In this document: positions 23,601-35,600 of the stretch, piece by piece | Numbering within the stretch: position 1 is the stretch's first letter | Layout: each line of letters opens with the position of its first letter | NCBI GenBank assembly: GCA_964252035.1 | Contig: OZ176215.1 | From: Podarcis erhardii | Taxonomy: Eukaryota | Strand: one strand, 5' to 3' | Length of the DNA: 64,000 nucleotides | The notes under the pieces: generated by a model | Told to the model about the DNA's origin: nothing | The model's input: the letters and a program-made list of their open reading frames with translations, nothing else | Database searches by the model: none | Position numbers and translations under genes: made by a program

Positions 23601-26600
23601 AAAAACTGCAGCTAGTACAGGGTTCAAGCAAAATGGTGCCACAGGAGAAGAGGACCATGCAGCAAGTCCTCTGCCTGCCAGGTAACTTATTGCTAGCGTT
23701 GGGTGCTACACTAGTCTTTCCCAACTTATTGCCCTCCCTCCAGATGTTTTGGAGCTCCACTCCCATCAGACCCAGCATCCTACGACCGTAATGGCTGAGG
23801 CTGATGTAAGTGGGAGTCCAGAGCATCTGGAGGGCAACAGTTTAGGGCCAAGTTCCTACTACCCAGTAGGAACTTACAAGCCCACTTTCATCCCCTTTTC
23901 TCTCTAGTCCTGTACCTTCTTGCTTCGAGGACACTGATGGGTACTAACTGCCTCCCCGAATGTGTCTGTGTTCCCATCTGTTTCATTAAGAGGAAAGAGG
24001 CCATTTGCTGTAAGGCAGGACCTGAAATGTGTGGTTGAGTAGGATTTGGTGGTGAGGTCAGAAATCGGTCCTTGCTGCAAGAGCACTTGCACGCAGTGAG
24101 GAAATGATGTGATTTTGTTTCTCTCCCCTATATTCTTGAAGGTTCTCAAAGGCCATAGAGCACTGGCTGACTCAAAAGCTCTCCCACTAGAAAAAGATTC
24201 AGTGAGAGGGCTGAGATTGTCTTGAGAGTCCCATGCTTAGGATATGAAAAATGATCTGGTCACTTTGCCTACAAAGACACCTTCGGCTCCAGTTGCTGTG
24301 CAATGAAAAGTTTGGGTTTGCCAAATGCTGCCCTTGCTTTGAGAGATCTGAGAAAGAGCTCCTCTGATAAGCTTGCTCTTTTTGAATTAAGTTGTGACAA
24401 TACAACTTGGGCGCTTTCTTCCTTTCCTAATGTTTGGCATCTAAGAGGTAGCAGTGAGCTGCACTATTTTATTTTATTTTTATTTTGGAGGACGTTGCAG
24501 GTGGAAACCGAAGAAATGCCAAAGTTCAATCTTATGTCTCTCCATCTTTTTTGTGCCTTCTTTATTTTTCAGGTAGTGAAATGACAACAGGTTCTGCTTG
24601 TAATGAAGCTTCTGTTCTAAGGAACTTCTGTTTCCTCTTTTTCAAACAGACAAATGTGTGTGAGATGGGTGGGAAAGCTGTCTCCTGTGAACCAGACATT
24701 CCTCATTTACAAATGCAAAAACTGCGGCGAAGTTCAGCCTCTGTGCATCTTACTCCATGCATTGTCAGGAAATGCTAGTGAGCTAGGGAGAGCTTCCATT
24801 CTTACACTTCAAGTTTAGTTGTGCTTCAGAGAAGGCAAACTGGCAGGTGCCACAAAGCACATCTAAACCTGAACTGTAGAATGAAAGCTTAATTCCTCAG
24901 CAATTCCAAATGTCTTCTGAGTAGAACCCTCTGGTCCAGCCTTCGCCAACCTGCTGCACTTCAGACACGTTGAAATACATCTTGCATCAGTCCCCAATGG
25001 GAACTTGTGCTCCAAAACATCTGATGGGCACCAGTTAGCAAAGGTTCCCATAATATAATCCCTAACTATTGGGCAACCTGGTTGGGACTGATGGAAGTTA
25101 CAGTTCAGAACACCTAGAAGGTTCACTTTGGGAAAGGCTGATCTAAACAGTCATTGATCGAGACTATCCTGATCTACAACCGGGACTTGGCATCAGTACA
25201 GAGCATGCATATTTATATTCAGTGCCTGTCAGTGGTTGGGCTTTCAGATTGTTCTACCCCTATGTTGGATTCTTTTGTTGCAGGTACTGGGTTAGAGCAG
25301 AATGGTAGAAGAGGAGCATGGGGCCTTCTGCCTCCCAGGTGATTTGATGTTAATGTCCAGTTCTACAAGGCACTGGGATTTGCTAGCACTCCATGCTGTG
25401 ACAGCAGGCAAGACTTCCTCCCCAGCACCTTGCATTGTCTTAGCACTAATACATGCCCTCCTGGCAGGTAGAGCGGGTTGGTGCAAGCGCCCTTTCCTGT
25501 GCTGGGACACAGCTATGAGAGTTTGCTGTTTTGTGAGGCAGTTTGAGACTCCTCCTGATAGGCACCATCTCTTACAGCATGTTGGGAGCATGTTGTTCTC
25601 ATATCATCTTGAGATCACGGTGCAGTCATATGATTGGATTGAAACAGAATCCTCTTTAAGTGCACCATGAATCAAAGCATCCAGAAAATGAGATGAAGCT
25701 GTTGGATCAGGCAGCCTGGCTTTATATATGCTGAAGAGAAAACGAGGGTCAGGACTTGGGAAAGAAACCAGTCGCAAAAGTGTTAGGGCAGATCCGCACC
25801 TGTACATTTGAAGCACATGACTTCCTCCAAAGGGTCCTGAGAACTAGTTTCCTTCCCTCACAGAGCTACAAGTCCCAGCACCTTTAAAGTCATGTGCTTT
25901 AAATATGCATTGGAGGTCCTTTAATTGTATGATATGCATCTGTTCTTGGTCTCCCAAGACATCCACAAGGGTAAAACCAACTGTGAGCCTGTGAGCCTAA
26001 GCTTCTTCCAAGGATAGCGTTGGATGCAGATTAAAACATTGCTTCTTGGCTGTTCAACATAAGCTTGCAGGGTCAAAATACTGTCTGAACTTGCAAATGT
26101 TCTCTCCCCCCACCCAGTGGAGAACAAGAGGAAGTTTTAGTCAATAGACTATTGTCTTGGGGTTGGCACTTCCTGATCTTAGCTTAAGGAAGAAGGAGAG
26201 TGTGTTTAAAGGCCACTGGAACTCATGACCATTGCAGCAGCAGCACCAAAACACTTTCATCATGATCGCAACTGCTGGCATTAGCATAGAGCAGTCTTCA
26301 CCAACCTGGTGCCCTTCAGATGTTTGGAGCTATATCCCCCATCAGCACAGCTGTGCTAGCTTGAAGCCGGTGGAAGTTTTAGTCTGAAAATCTGGAGGGC
26401 ACCAGGTTGCGTAAAAAATCTGGAGGGCACCAGGTTGTTGTAGAAATTATCTCTGCCAGAGCTGGGGAGATACTTATAGTTAAACATTAGAGAAATGGTT
26501 TTGAAGAGGTGAGATTCTTTTATGGGGTGTTGCGTATGCCTTGTCCATTCAGAAAGGGCCAGTGTTGATCAAATGCTTTACCCCCGCCTCCCTTTATTAC

Positions 26601-27784
26601 TGTCCCTTCTCCCCCGCCCCCTGCCTTGGGGGGAAGAACTGAACAAACTGAAGTGCTTTCCACCTTCCCATGGATGCTTTTATGTTCTGGTACCTTGACT
26701 ATCTCACAAAAGATCTCTCTCTTGAGGAGGAAATCGTGGGTGTGTCACTGTTGTCTGCAATTAAGGAAAGGTTTTACAGAAACGTTCTGCCTGCAGCCTG
26801 TTCCTTTAGAGGCTGACTGCTTTGTACGGGTCTAGAAACACAGAAAATCTCAGACCCAGAATGCTTAAGGCATCCTTAACCGCAGCCTCTTTCCAGAACT
26901 TGTGGGGCAAGTTGCCCCAGTCCTTGAGGTTCATCACCCGCTCCCCCACAAAACTTCCTGACTGCCCAGGGAAACCTGGTGTCTGAAGGACTGAGTGATG
27001 GAATGGGAGAAAAGCAGGAAAGAAGGCTAATAGTCTGTAGGGACAGCTGGGGAGGCTTTAAAAGACTAAGCATGCCTTCTTTCACTGGAAAAAACTTGTG
27101 TCTGACAAAACGAATAACTTGTGTCATGAGTGCAGTGAAGATCCAGGAGAAGGTTAGTGGCCTCTGACAGGGACTATTTTGTCCTCCTTTATTGAACACA
27201 TCCTGGGATTCTCCTGTGCCTTTCACATTTACATGGGATGATCTTTGGGGTGCCTTTAGGGAGTGCCTTCTGTTACTCCAGAGGAAAGGCCATTTTCCTC
27301 CCCCCACCCTTTACTTCCTAAGCAGGTAGTGTCAAACTTAGACCCCTGTCTTGTCCATGAGTTGTTCAGCAAGATTATAATTTTTATCACTGTTAAAGCA
27401 GGTGGGAACTTTGAACTCCTGCAGTTTTCAGATGATTGAGGCCCATCTTGCTTTACCGTGCTAGGATCCTATTAATCTCTCCCGCACCACACATGAAGCT
27501 TGGATCTGTGCCCCTGCTTACTTATGGGGCATTGATGTGCTTTCAGGCAGCTGATCTCCTGGGCTCTTAGGACAAGCCAGATGTAAGCTTGAAGGTTACA
27601 AACCTAAGCTTTATGGAATCAGTTTCTGTACTGGTAGTTCTGTAACTTCAAAGTTAATTCCTGATTTTGAAGGAGGGTTGTGTCTTTAACCATCTCTTGC
27701 TTTCTATGTCTAACCATCTGCAGCTTTTCTTATTGGTGTATGTTTTGTTTTTTAATAACTTTGGGCAAAGGGTAAAAAGCACAG

Positions 27785-27786
<2 letters not shown>

Positions 27787-27826
<40 letters not shown>
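27787..27826. repeat. (GT)20 microsatellite
   Basis: Read directly; in the putative distal MLEC 3'UTR. Confidence 0.95.
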
Positions 27827-27828
<2 letters not shown>

Positions 27829-27968
27829 TTGTACTGGCTTTGCAAAAGGACTACCCCCCAAAAAAATTCCTGGGGAAGTGGAACAGGTATGAGTGAATTA
27901 TTCTTGCTTTATTTCTCTTCTCTCCATTTTCACCCCTGATACATTTAGCTGGTTGGTTTTTTTTAACA

Positions 27969-27974
27969 AATAAA
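27969..27974 (+). terminator. Candidate distal MLEC polyadenylation signal
   Basis: AATAAA followed by a T/GT-rich stretch (ttttcttgggtttacttttctttctc). Other AATAAA occur near 22593, 22895 and 28075, so the real end is uncertain. Confidence 0.5.
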
Positions 27975-28372
27975 ATTTTCTTGGGTTTACTTTTCTTTCT
28001 CCCAGGATGTCTGGTTTGAGGGGAAATGTTCAGAAATCTACTGGCTGGCAGTTTTAACCAGCAGTGTGTTTAAAAATAAATAAAAACAAAATTATATTGT
28101 CACTCAAAGGAACTGGCGTTTTTCTTACAAACAAATAAATAAATAAGGGACATATTTATGTCAGAGAAAATGTTCATAGCTCTCAGCTGTATGGAGCCAG
28201 AGGCTTAAACCACACTGCAGCAGCTATTGCAGGCTGGCAAAGAGACTTAATTTTTAAAACCGCATCACCACAACAATTATTACAGCATCCGAGCAACTCT
28301 GCTCCTGCCTCTGCTGAAAACTGCCCTGTTGCTCATCCATATGGTGGTGGCATCTCGTTTCTCTCTATTCTA

Positions 28373-30587
28373 TTATTAAATTTAATAACTTTATTAAATT
28401 TTTAACAAGAAAAAAGTTGCAAAACGATAAACAAAAACACAAGAAAAATACAAAAACCAAAATTTAACATAGAATAAAAAATAAAAAATAAAAATCCCTC
28501 TTTTTAATTTCTTACCGTTCCTTTACTTATTTTCCTGACTTCCTCACACCTCCCTTTTTTGTATTCCATTTAAAAATTGGTTCAGCAAATTCATACCCTC
28601 TTAATTTACCCTTAATTATTTATCCTCACATATTATAGCTTCAAATTTTCGTCTAATATCAATCCATTCTTGCAAATTCTTATTTTACCTTATTACTAGA
28701 ACCACTTCATTTCATTTCAACATCATTAACATTCAAAAATTTTACAATTCAATTTACCGTTAATTTCTTTAACCTTATCTTACCTTCAAAGCAATAAAAT
28801 TTCAAAATTTAAACCATATTTAAACTTAACTCCTTCAAACCTTTCTGCTAAAGCCAATTAATTCCTTTCCAGCACATTCTAGTATTTCATTAGTATTACA
28901 CTAATTCCACAAATAAAAAGATATATAAAAAGAAATTCTCATTCTAGTTTTATCCAACGTCCCTTCTTCCTGGTTTCGGGTAATGTCAGTCCTTTCACCA
29001 TTATATCCTGACTTCCGGAGGCGGCGCCATCGGCAATGGAGGATTCCCTCTAACTTAGAGGAAGAAAGCCCCACAGAAATCGGGTCCTACCGCCACAGTG
29101 AAGCGGGGACCCTCTCAAAACCGCAGGCGGGTGAAGCCTGCGACCGTGGGACTCGGTGGGCACCTTTTGCGCCCCCCCCCGATCGGCAAAGGAACCCTGC
29201 AAAGGGCTCCGGAGCGGGGCGCGGTGCTGAGGGTCAATCGCTACTTCTGCGGAACGAAGCTGCACAGCTGATGCCGGAGAGCGCTGTCCTCTTTCCTGTG
29301 ACAATTTGACTTTTAAACAACAACCCGTGAGTAGGACAATTGAAAGATTGGGAGATCAAAGGAATCGCTCCTTTGATCAAAGGAACAAACTTGAATTTGG
29401 CACTGAAGCGGGAAGGTGTAAACAGGAAGTCCGCCTTCCGCTTTTTGTAAATAGACTGAAGCAAAGATCTTGCAAGCTAAATAGCCTGGAAAATTGATTC
29501 TAAGATTGAAATTTCCTGCATCTATAACCATCAAAACCCCCTTGACAGCAGGAGAAAAGGGGGAAAGAAATTTTGACCTCTTAATCCTGCAGAGAGAGCG
29601 AAAGAATATAAGCTTCCATCGTCCTAAACCTGGGGACGGGACGTCAGGTCGGAAATGGTTGGAGATGTCCATTAATTGAAAACGGAACACTTTTGACAGA
29701 TAGAAACAAAAGAGAAACAAAATAATTCTAATGCTGCTTTCTGCTTGTTTGTATTGTACTGTAAGGAAACAAAGTATCTGAAAATCGAAAGTAAATTTCC
29801 CTTTGTTGGATACATTTTAAAGATGGACGTTAAATAGAAACTGTGTCCCTAGAGGGAGCTTGCCAGCGTGTTTGCTGTAATTCACAGGGAAGATATAATA
29901 GCTGTGAAAATTAGACCGTGGGACCAGCTATTTGACCTTGAACAGAAATGAACAGGGAGGAAGTTTTACTTTCTGCCCTTGGCAAAATAAATGCTATGCT
30001 GCAGCAGTTGGATGAGAAAGTGACTTTGATGAATGAAAAGTTGGATTTTAAATCTGCTGCAGCTAGTAAATATGAACTAACAGGAAACGAAGTTAAAGAA
30101 ATCTTACAACAACCAATCCAGGAAACTAGTTTAATAAGGCAAGTCCAAGGGCAGATGAAGATGGAAGAGGTTGCGATTGCACCTCAAAAGATACAGAGAC
30201 TCAAAATCCCACACGACCAAAAGCTGCAACATTGGAAGATTGAACTTGGAGAATATTTGCAAGACTCTGGAGTTAAGGAAGTTCTTAGCTCTGGTGGGAC
30301 TGTGAAACAAGTTGATGATTATTTCTGGAACAACTACCTTTTGGATTATAAATTAAACATAGGGGAGTGGATTAGCGGAGAATGGGACAACCTGATGAAA
30401 GAAAATGGAGAATACTACTGTATGGAATTCCCCGGAGACTCACTCCCCAAGGAGAAAGGGAAGAAACTACGTAAGAACCCAACAAGGGATAAGGATGTGT
30501 GCAAGTACAAACAGGAACAAGAAAACCTGCAGAGGGGGCATAGAAGGGACTTGAGAGCCTCAGATATTAGAACACCAGATTGATGGA
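28373..30587. mobile_element. 2.2-kb non-LTR retro-insertion with internal inversion (L1-dependent, single-ORF, HAL1-like architecture)
   Basis: Perfect 19-bp TSD ctcgtttctctctattcta (28354-28372 and 30588-30606). The minus-strand part 29009-28373 ends in AATAAA plus an AT-rich tail. The plus-strand part starts gacttccggaggcggcgccat at about 29010 and contains a 211-codon ORF. Confidence 0.85.
29948..30583 (+). CDS. Element-encoded ORF, 211 aa, N-terminal coiled-coil-like, function unknown
   Basis: True ATG with G at -3; no stop for 211 codons; heptad-like LGKINAMLQQLDEKVTLMNEKLD; aromatic-rich middle (HWKIELGEYL, YFWNNYLLDY, GEW). No L1 ORF1 RRM or ORF2 motif recognised. Confidence 0.55.
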   Translation: MNREEVLLSALGKINAMLQQLDEKVTLMNEKLDFKSAAASKYELTGNEVKEILQQPIQETSLIRQVQGQMKMEEVAIAPQKIQRLKIPHDQKLQHWKIELGEYLQDSGVKEVLSSGGTVKQVDDYFWNNYLLDYKLNIGEWISGEWDNLMKENGEYYCMEFPGDSLPKEKGKKLRKNPTRDKDVCKYKQEQENLQRGHRRDLRASDIRTPD

Positions 30588-31584
30588 CTCGTTTCTCTCT
30601 ATTCTAGTGGCTTGTGCATTTAAACTTTCCTGATCCTGAGTGGCTCATGTGTGAGTTGGGAGTCCTATTCCTCCACATCAAATCCCATTCTGTGAATGGG
30701 TGCAAGCATACATTTAGTAAATAGAGGGTCCATTTTTTAAAAAGGGGAAATGTATTTTGTAGAGAGTATGTGATAATAAAGCCGCAGCTGGCTGAATTCT
30801 GTTGTGTCACCTTAGATTGGGAAATGGATTAGACAGTACCCAAAGCATAGGAAAAGCAGAGAAGTCCATTCTTACCTGTCCCTTAAATCTTGAATTGGCC
30901 CAGTGGCTGGGCCTTGTCCAATTCTCTCTCCTGTCTTGTGCTAAGGCCCTGGGCATGATCAATGTGTGATTCATCATCCCCTCTTCGGAAATATTTATTT
31001 TGTTATGCACTAGAGTAGAATAGTCACATAACAGAGCCCGATTTAAAGTGGGCTTCACCAGCACCATAATTTTATTTCTAGCTTCATTTTTTAAGAGAAA
31101 AAGCAAAAGATGGAAGGTGAAACATTCTTTTTATAAAAAAAAAAACCCAAAACACCCCTGGCTGCCATGTCATAGGGAGGGTGAGATGTGAGTGCCCAGT
31201 CTGCAGTGACTGAAAGCCAGTGTTGGTATCATAGTGTGCATAGTTTTTTACTTCAACCATTATACCACATGGAGAAGAGAAATCTGCTGCTGCCCTGCTG
31301 CTATGTGCTGCCGTAGATGACTGTCGGTGGGTTCTTGGTGGTGGCCCAGAAACAGCCTGCCTGGCCGGAGTTTGTAGCCCTCCAAGCCACTCTGGTCTTG
31401 TCTGAGCTGTGCCGCGTTGCCTTACCAGGCAGAGTAGCCGGGAGTAAAAGGACACAAAAATGTGCATGAAGCTTGCACGTGCTGATTTGCATGTGTGGAC
31501 GCAAACGTGGAAACAATGAGTCACAATGAAATAGATTTTATCCTAGTGGGGAATACACCTAATCCGTCTTGCCATAGCAAAAGA

Positions 31585-31623
31585 AATAATAATAATAATA
31601 ATAATAATAACAATAATAATAAT
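31585..31623. repeat. (AAT)n microsatellite with one AAC interruption
   Basis: Read directly. Confidence 0.9.
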
Positions 31624-31739
31624 TGTTGTCTTATTTATACTCCACCCATTTGACTGGGTTTCTCTTGCCACTCTGGGCGAGTTCCAGCACAGAGAAAAAT
31701 ATAATAAAAAGTCAAACTAATTAATTTAATTAATAGCAA

Positions 31740-32600
31740 CTGAATGGGTAGTTCCAGGGCCCCTTTCTGGTCCGCTTTTTTCAGAACAGAGGACTGTCCT
31801 CTACGCGCGGCTATCTTTCCCTATGAAGCATTCAGCTGCGGAGGAGCATATTCCTGCAACGTTTCGGTTTCGCTGCCTAAAATCCGCCTTACGGAGATTT
31901 GCCTGCCCGGTCCAGATGCGCCCCAAACCGCTTCGCGCCGCGACTCCCTTCCCAAAACCGCAACATCCCCTCCGCTGTCCGAGGAACTTCCTACCGGAAT
32001 GCGCATGCGCGCGGCGTCCTTCGCCCCACCCACCATCCCTGCCTCCCCCCAACGTGCCTCCTTTGGCTCCGCCCGCCTCGACCTCCGTCAACGGCGTCTT
32101 CCTGGCCCCGCCCCCTCGCTCCCATAGCTACGAAAGGAGGCGGCGGCGGAGGTGGTAGCCATCTTGGCGGCGGCGGCGGCGGCGGCGGGCCCGACGGGGC
32201 GATGAGCGGCTCGAAGCCCAGGGTGGCGTCGGGGGCCGGCGGGGCGCTGAGCCGCTTGCGAGGCCGGAGAGGCTCCGGAGACGCGTCGCCCGCGGTCGTG
32301 GCTCCTCTGAGGGCCGCCGTGTTGCCCCGCACCGAGGCGGAGCTGCTGGCTCTGGACGCGGTCCGGCCCGAGCACGTCCTGGGGCTCAGCCGCGTCACTG
32401 AGAGTGAGTAGCAGGGGGGCGAGGAGGAGCAGGGAGGAGGAGGCCCCCGGGCGAACCCCGACATTGTGTGTGCCGAGCCCGCTCTGCACCCCGGTATCGA
32501 CTCCCCAGAGCCCCCACCCCAGTTCGTGGATTCACTTAGGTGGGCACCCATGTATCTGCCCTGCCCCTCCTCTCCGTAGGCCAGGGGAATTGGGAGGGGT
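31740..32600 (+). promoter_or_regulatory. UNC119B CpG-island promoter and 5'UTR
   Basis: CpG-rich; NRF1-consensus TGCGCATGCGCG at 32000-32011; YY1-like GCCATCTT at 32158-32165; (GGC)7 at 32166-32186. Confidence 0.75.
32202..32403 (+). CDS. UNC119B: UNC119B coding exon 1
   Basis: [11 protein letters not shown]...LSRVTE; donor A|GTGAGT at 32404. Confidence 0.92.
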
Positions 32601-35600
32601 GGTCCTCACGCTCCCCCCAAAACCTTCTCTTGCCTCTGAAGGTTGCCCCTTCTATGGACCCTTCTGGGCACCCCAACATCGATTATGCCTTTGCTCTGAA
32701 TACAGTGATACCTCAGGTTACATATGCTTCAGGTTACATACGCTTCAGGTTATAGACTCCGCTAACCCAGAAATCGTGCTTCAGGTTAAGAACTTTGCTT
32801 CAGGATAAGAACAGAAATCGTGCTCCGGCGGCGCGGCAGCAGCAGGAGGCCCCATTAGCTAAAGTGGTGCTTCAGGTTAAGAACAGTTTCAGGTTAAGAA
32901 CGGACCTCCGGAACAAATTAAGTACTTAACCCGAGGTACCACAGTAGTCATGTTCTTTTTCCAATCAGGGCGCAGGAAATTGGGAGCGGCGGAGCACATT
33001 CTCCCTTTACACGCCCGCTAGCATTTTGCTCGGAAGAAACCTCCCTTTAATGGCCCCACCGGCTAGACCCATAAACGTGGGCCCCCAAGTATCTATTAGG
33101 TTTCCATTTCCTTCCCGTCCCTGAGCGCAGGAAATTTGTGGGAGACAGAGCATGCACCCTGCTTTCTTGTTTCACCCGTTGAAAAGTCAAAAAAATCTAT
33201 CCCCCTATTTGCAACTAAGGGAAACTCAGAATATATATATTTAACTACACAGGGCTTTGTCTAGCTCCAGCTGTAAGGCTGACTCAAAGAAAGATTCATT
33301 CATTCATTTAAAGAATTGATACGGATAAATTCTCACTCCTGGCTACCCCTGAAATTGGTAAACCCTGAGTACACCAGCATCAGCTTTCTGTGTTGCTGCT
33401 GCCCCCCACTTCATGTGTACAACCTCTCTGCTTACTTATCAACTAGCTAGTCCCTTTTTCTGTCAGAATAACTCCACCAAGGATGCAAAAATCTGGGAGC
33501 CCCAAGGCACCCTAGCACCACCCTGCCACATATTAGTGTATCAGGTACAGTACTCTGAAGAGCAGTTCCATTCCCCACCCCACCCCCTTTGAATAGTCTC
33601 TTTACTCCCTCTTAATACAGTACTTTAAATTAACAAGATGGTAATAGCTTCCCTATGCTTTTCTACTTGCAGAACTGTGAGCACACCTGAAAGTCTTCAC
33701 TGCAGTCATAATTCTGAATAACTTCTTTTCTTTCTGCCGTCAGTCCTTTCTGGCTTAGAATGACTTTCTCTCTGCAGCCTGCCTACAATTGTGGAAATAC
33801 AGGGTTGCCCAGGCTTGTATTTAACAACTCATGTAATAACCATAGGGTGTTCCAGTATAACACTAATCAATGTGTTCTGTCAGTGCAAGAATTTCCACTT
33901 GTGCATCAGAACTTCCCTACTTCTCTCCTCTGCACCCCCCTCCTAGCACAACCCCTAAATCTGTTCCTTCAGAGTAGATATGGTGAAAGCATAGGGAGAT
34001 GGAGAGGGAATTCTGTGGTTTAAACAGAAATCCTTGCGCTGATGTAATGCATTCAATGGGTTCCACTCCATACCAGGAATTTCCTGCAGGCCAATGACCA
34101 GCCTGTTCCTCCTCTGAGTCCATTGATTGATTGATTGATTGCATTTATACCCCACCTCAAGGAGCTCAAGGTGACATTTTATCCTCACAACAATCCTAGA
34201 GGTAGGTTAGGCTGAGAGTGAGTTACTGGCCAAAGGTGAGCTTCACAGCTGAGTGGGGATTTGAACCCTGGTCTCCCAGGTCCTATTCCAACACCCTAAC
34301 CACAACACCACACTCTGGCTCTCTGTGTCTTATACTTTTCTCCACAACCAGTATGATAAGACAGAGGGCTGGTGGAGAAGGGACATTGGAAGCTCCTCGG
34401 TCAGACAATAGGTCCATCTAACTCAGTATTGTGCACCCTGGCATGTTGCTCTATCCTTCCTTCCTTCAATTAGCCTGGGCAAGGAAAGGCAGCACTAGCT
34501 TGTCAAGTGGCTAGAAGCCTGTGTTTTTGTGCATGCTTTATAGGAAGCTAGTACTTGGGGGTGGGCAGGGAGCAGGCTAGTAACATTGGTGGGCTTATTT
34601 GCAGTGTTGTCGCAATATCTACTCGCCTTTCTTTTATATACAGGCGGCAATCATTTCATGCAGGTGTTCCATTCCTGGCCCCCAAATCCATCGATAGAGC
34701 ACATTTAAGTGTGCCCAGATCCTGTTCTGCCTTCTTGCAGATCCAAAAGGACCTGTGTGTCAGTGATCACACGTCAATTGGACTCACCTAAAATGGTGAC
34801 CGCCTGTATATAAAAATGAGGTCCTTGGGTTTATGTAAGCATGAAGCTTTATTTCTATCAGGACAGACCCATCAGATTGGCAGTAGACCTCCAAGGCTTT
34901 GGGCTGCAATGGCTCTTCCCAGCCCCGAAGCCCAAGATCTCTTTACCTCTCTTGTTTTTCCCAAATGGTAATCCCCGACATGGGACTTCTCAGGTTTCCT
35001 TTTCCTTTGTCTCCTAGACTATCTCTGCCGACCAGAGGACAACTTTTACAATATTGATTTCACCAAGTTCAAGATCAGGGACCTGGAGACAGGGACGGTG
35101 CTATTTGAAATTGCCAAACCTTCAGCTTTAGGTAAGTGGGCCCTGAAGAAGAAAAAATAGAGAAAGTGAGAGCGTGTACATAAAGCCTAAGGTCCGGTCT
35201 CCGTCTAGAAATTGCTGGGATTTCAGAATCTAAATAGTTTCTTCTAAAGAATTGAATGATTTCTGCAATTCCACCTCTTTTTCTCCTTCCCTCCCCCCCT
35301 TCTGACATTAAAGTTCCCAACAAATATTTTAAAGGAGAAGTTGGCAAATTTTCCATAGGGATTAGGAAGGCAACTTAATAACTTTTATATAAGCTACTCT
35401 GCGTGGCAATATTGCTCACCACTAATATAGACAGGCTGGTGGGAGTTGTAGTCCAAAGCATCTGGCAGGCACCAGGTTGGGGAAAGGCTTCATTACATTT
35501 TCTCTTGCATGCAGTATATGGCACAATAGGGTCCTGATACTGCTGTATCTAAATACCACCAGCTTTGCCCACCCTGCAGTTCAGCCCAGCTGAACTAAAT

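Noticed and set aside
28939-29009. Minus-strand segment read as an L1 ORF2 C-terminus (RNQEE-like words)
   Set aside because: Resemblance is weak and needs frameshifts. The segment instead continues the 29948 ORF in frame once the inversion is undone. It remains a fallback explanation.
31991-32551. Long overlapping ORFs on both strands around UNC119B exon 1 (similar ones around MLEC exon 1)
   Set aside because: Stop-poor GC-rich CpG-island sequence explains them.
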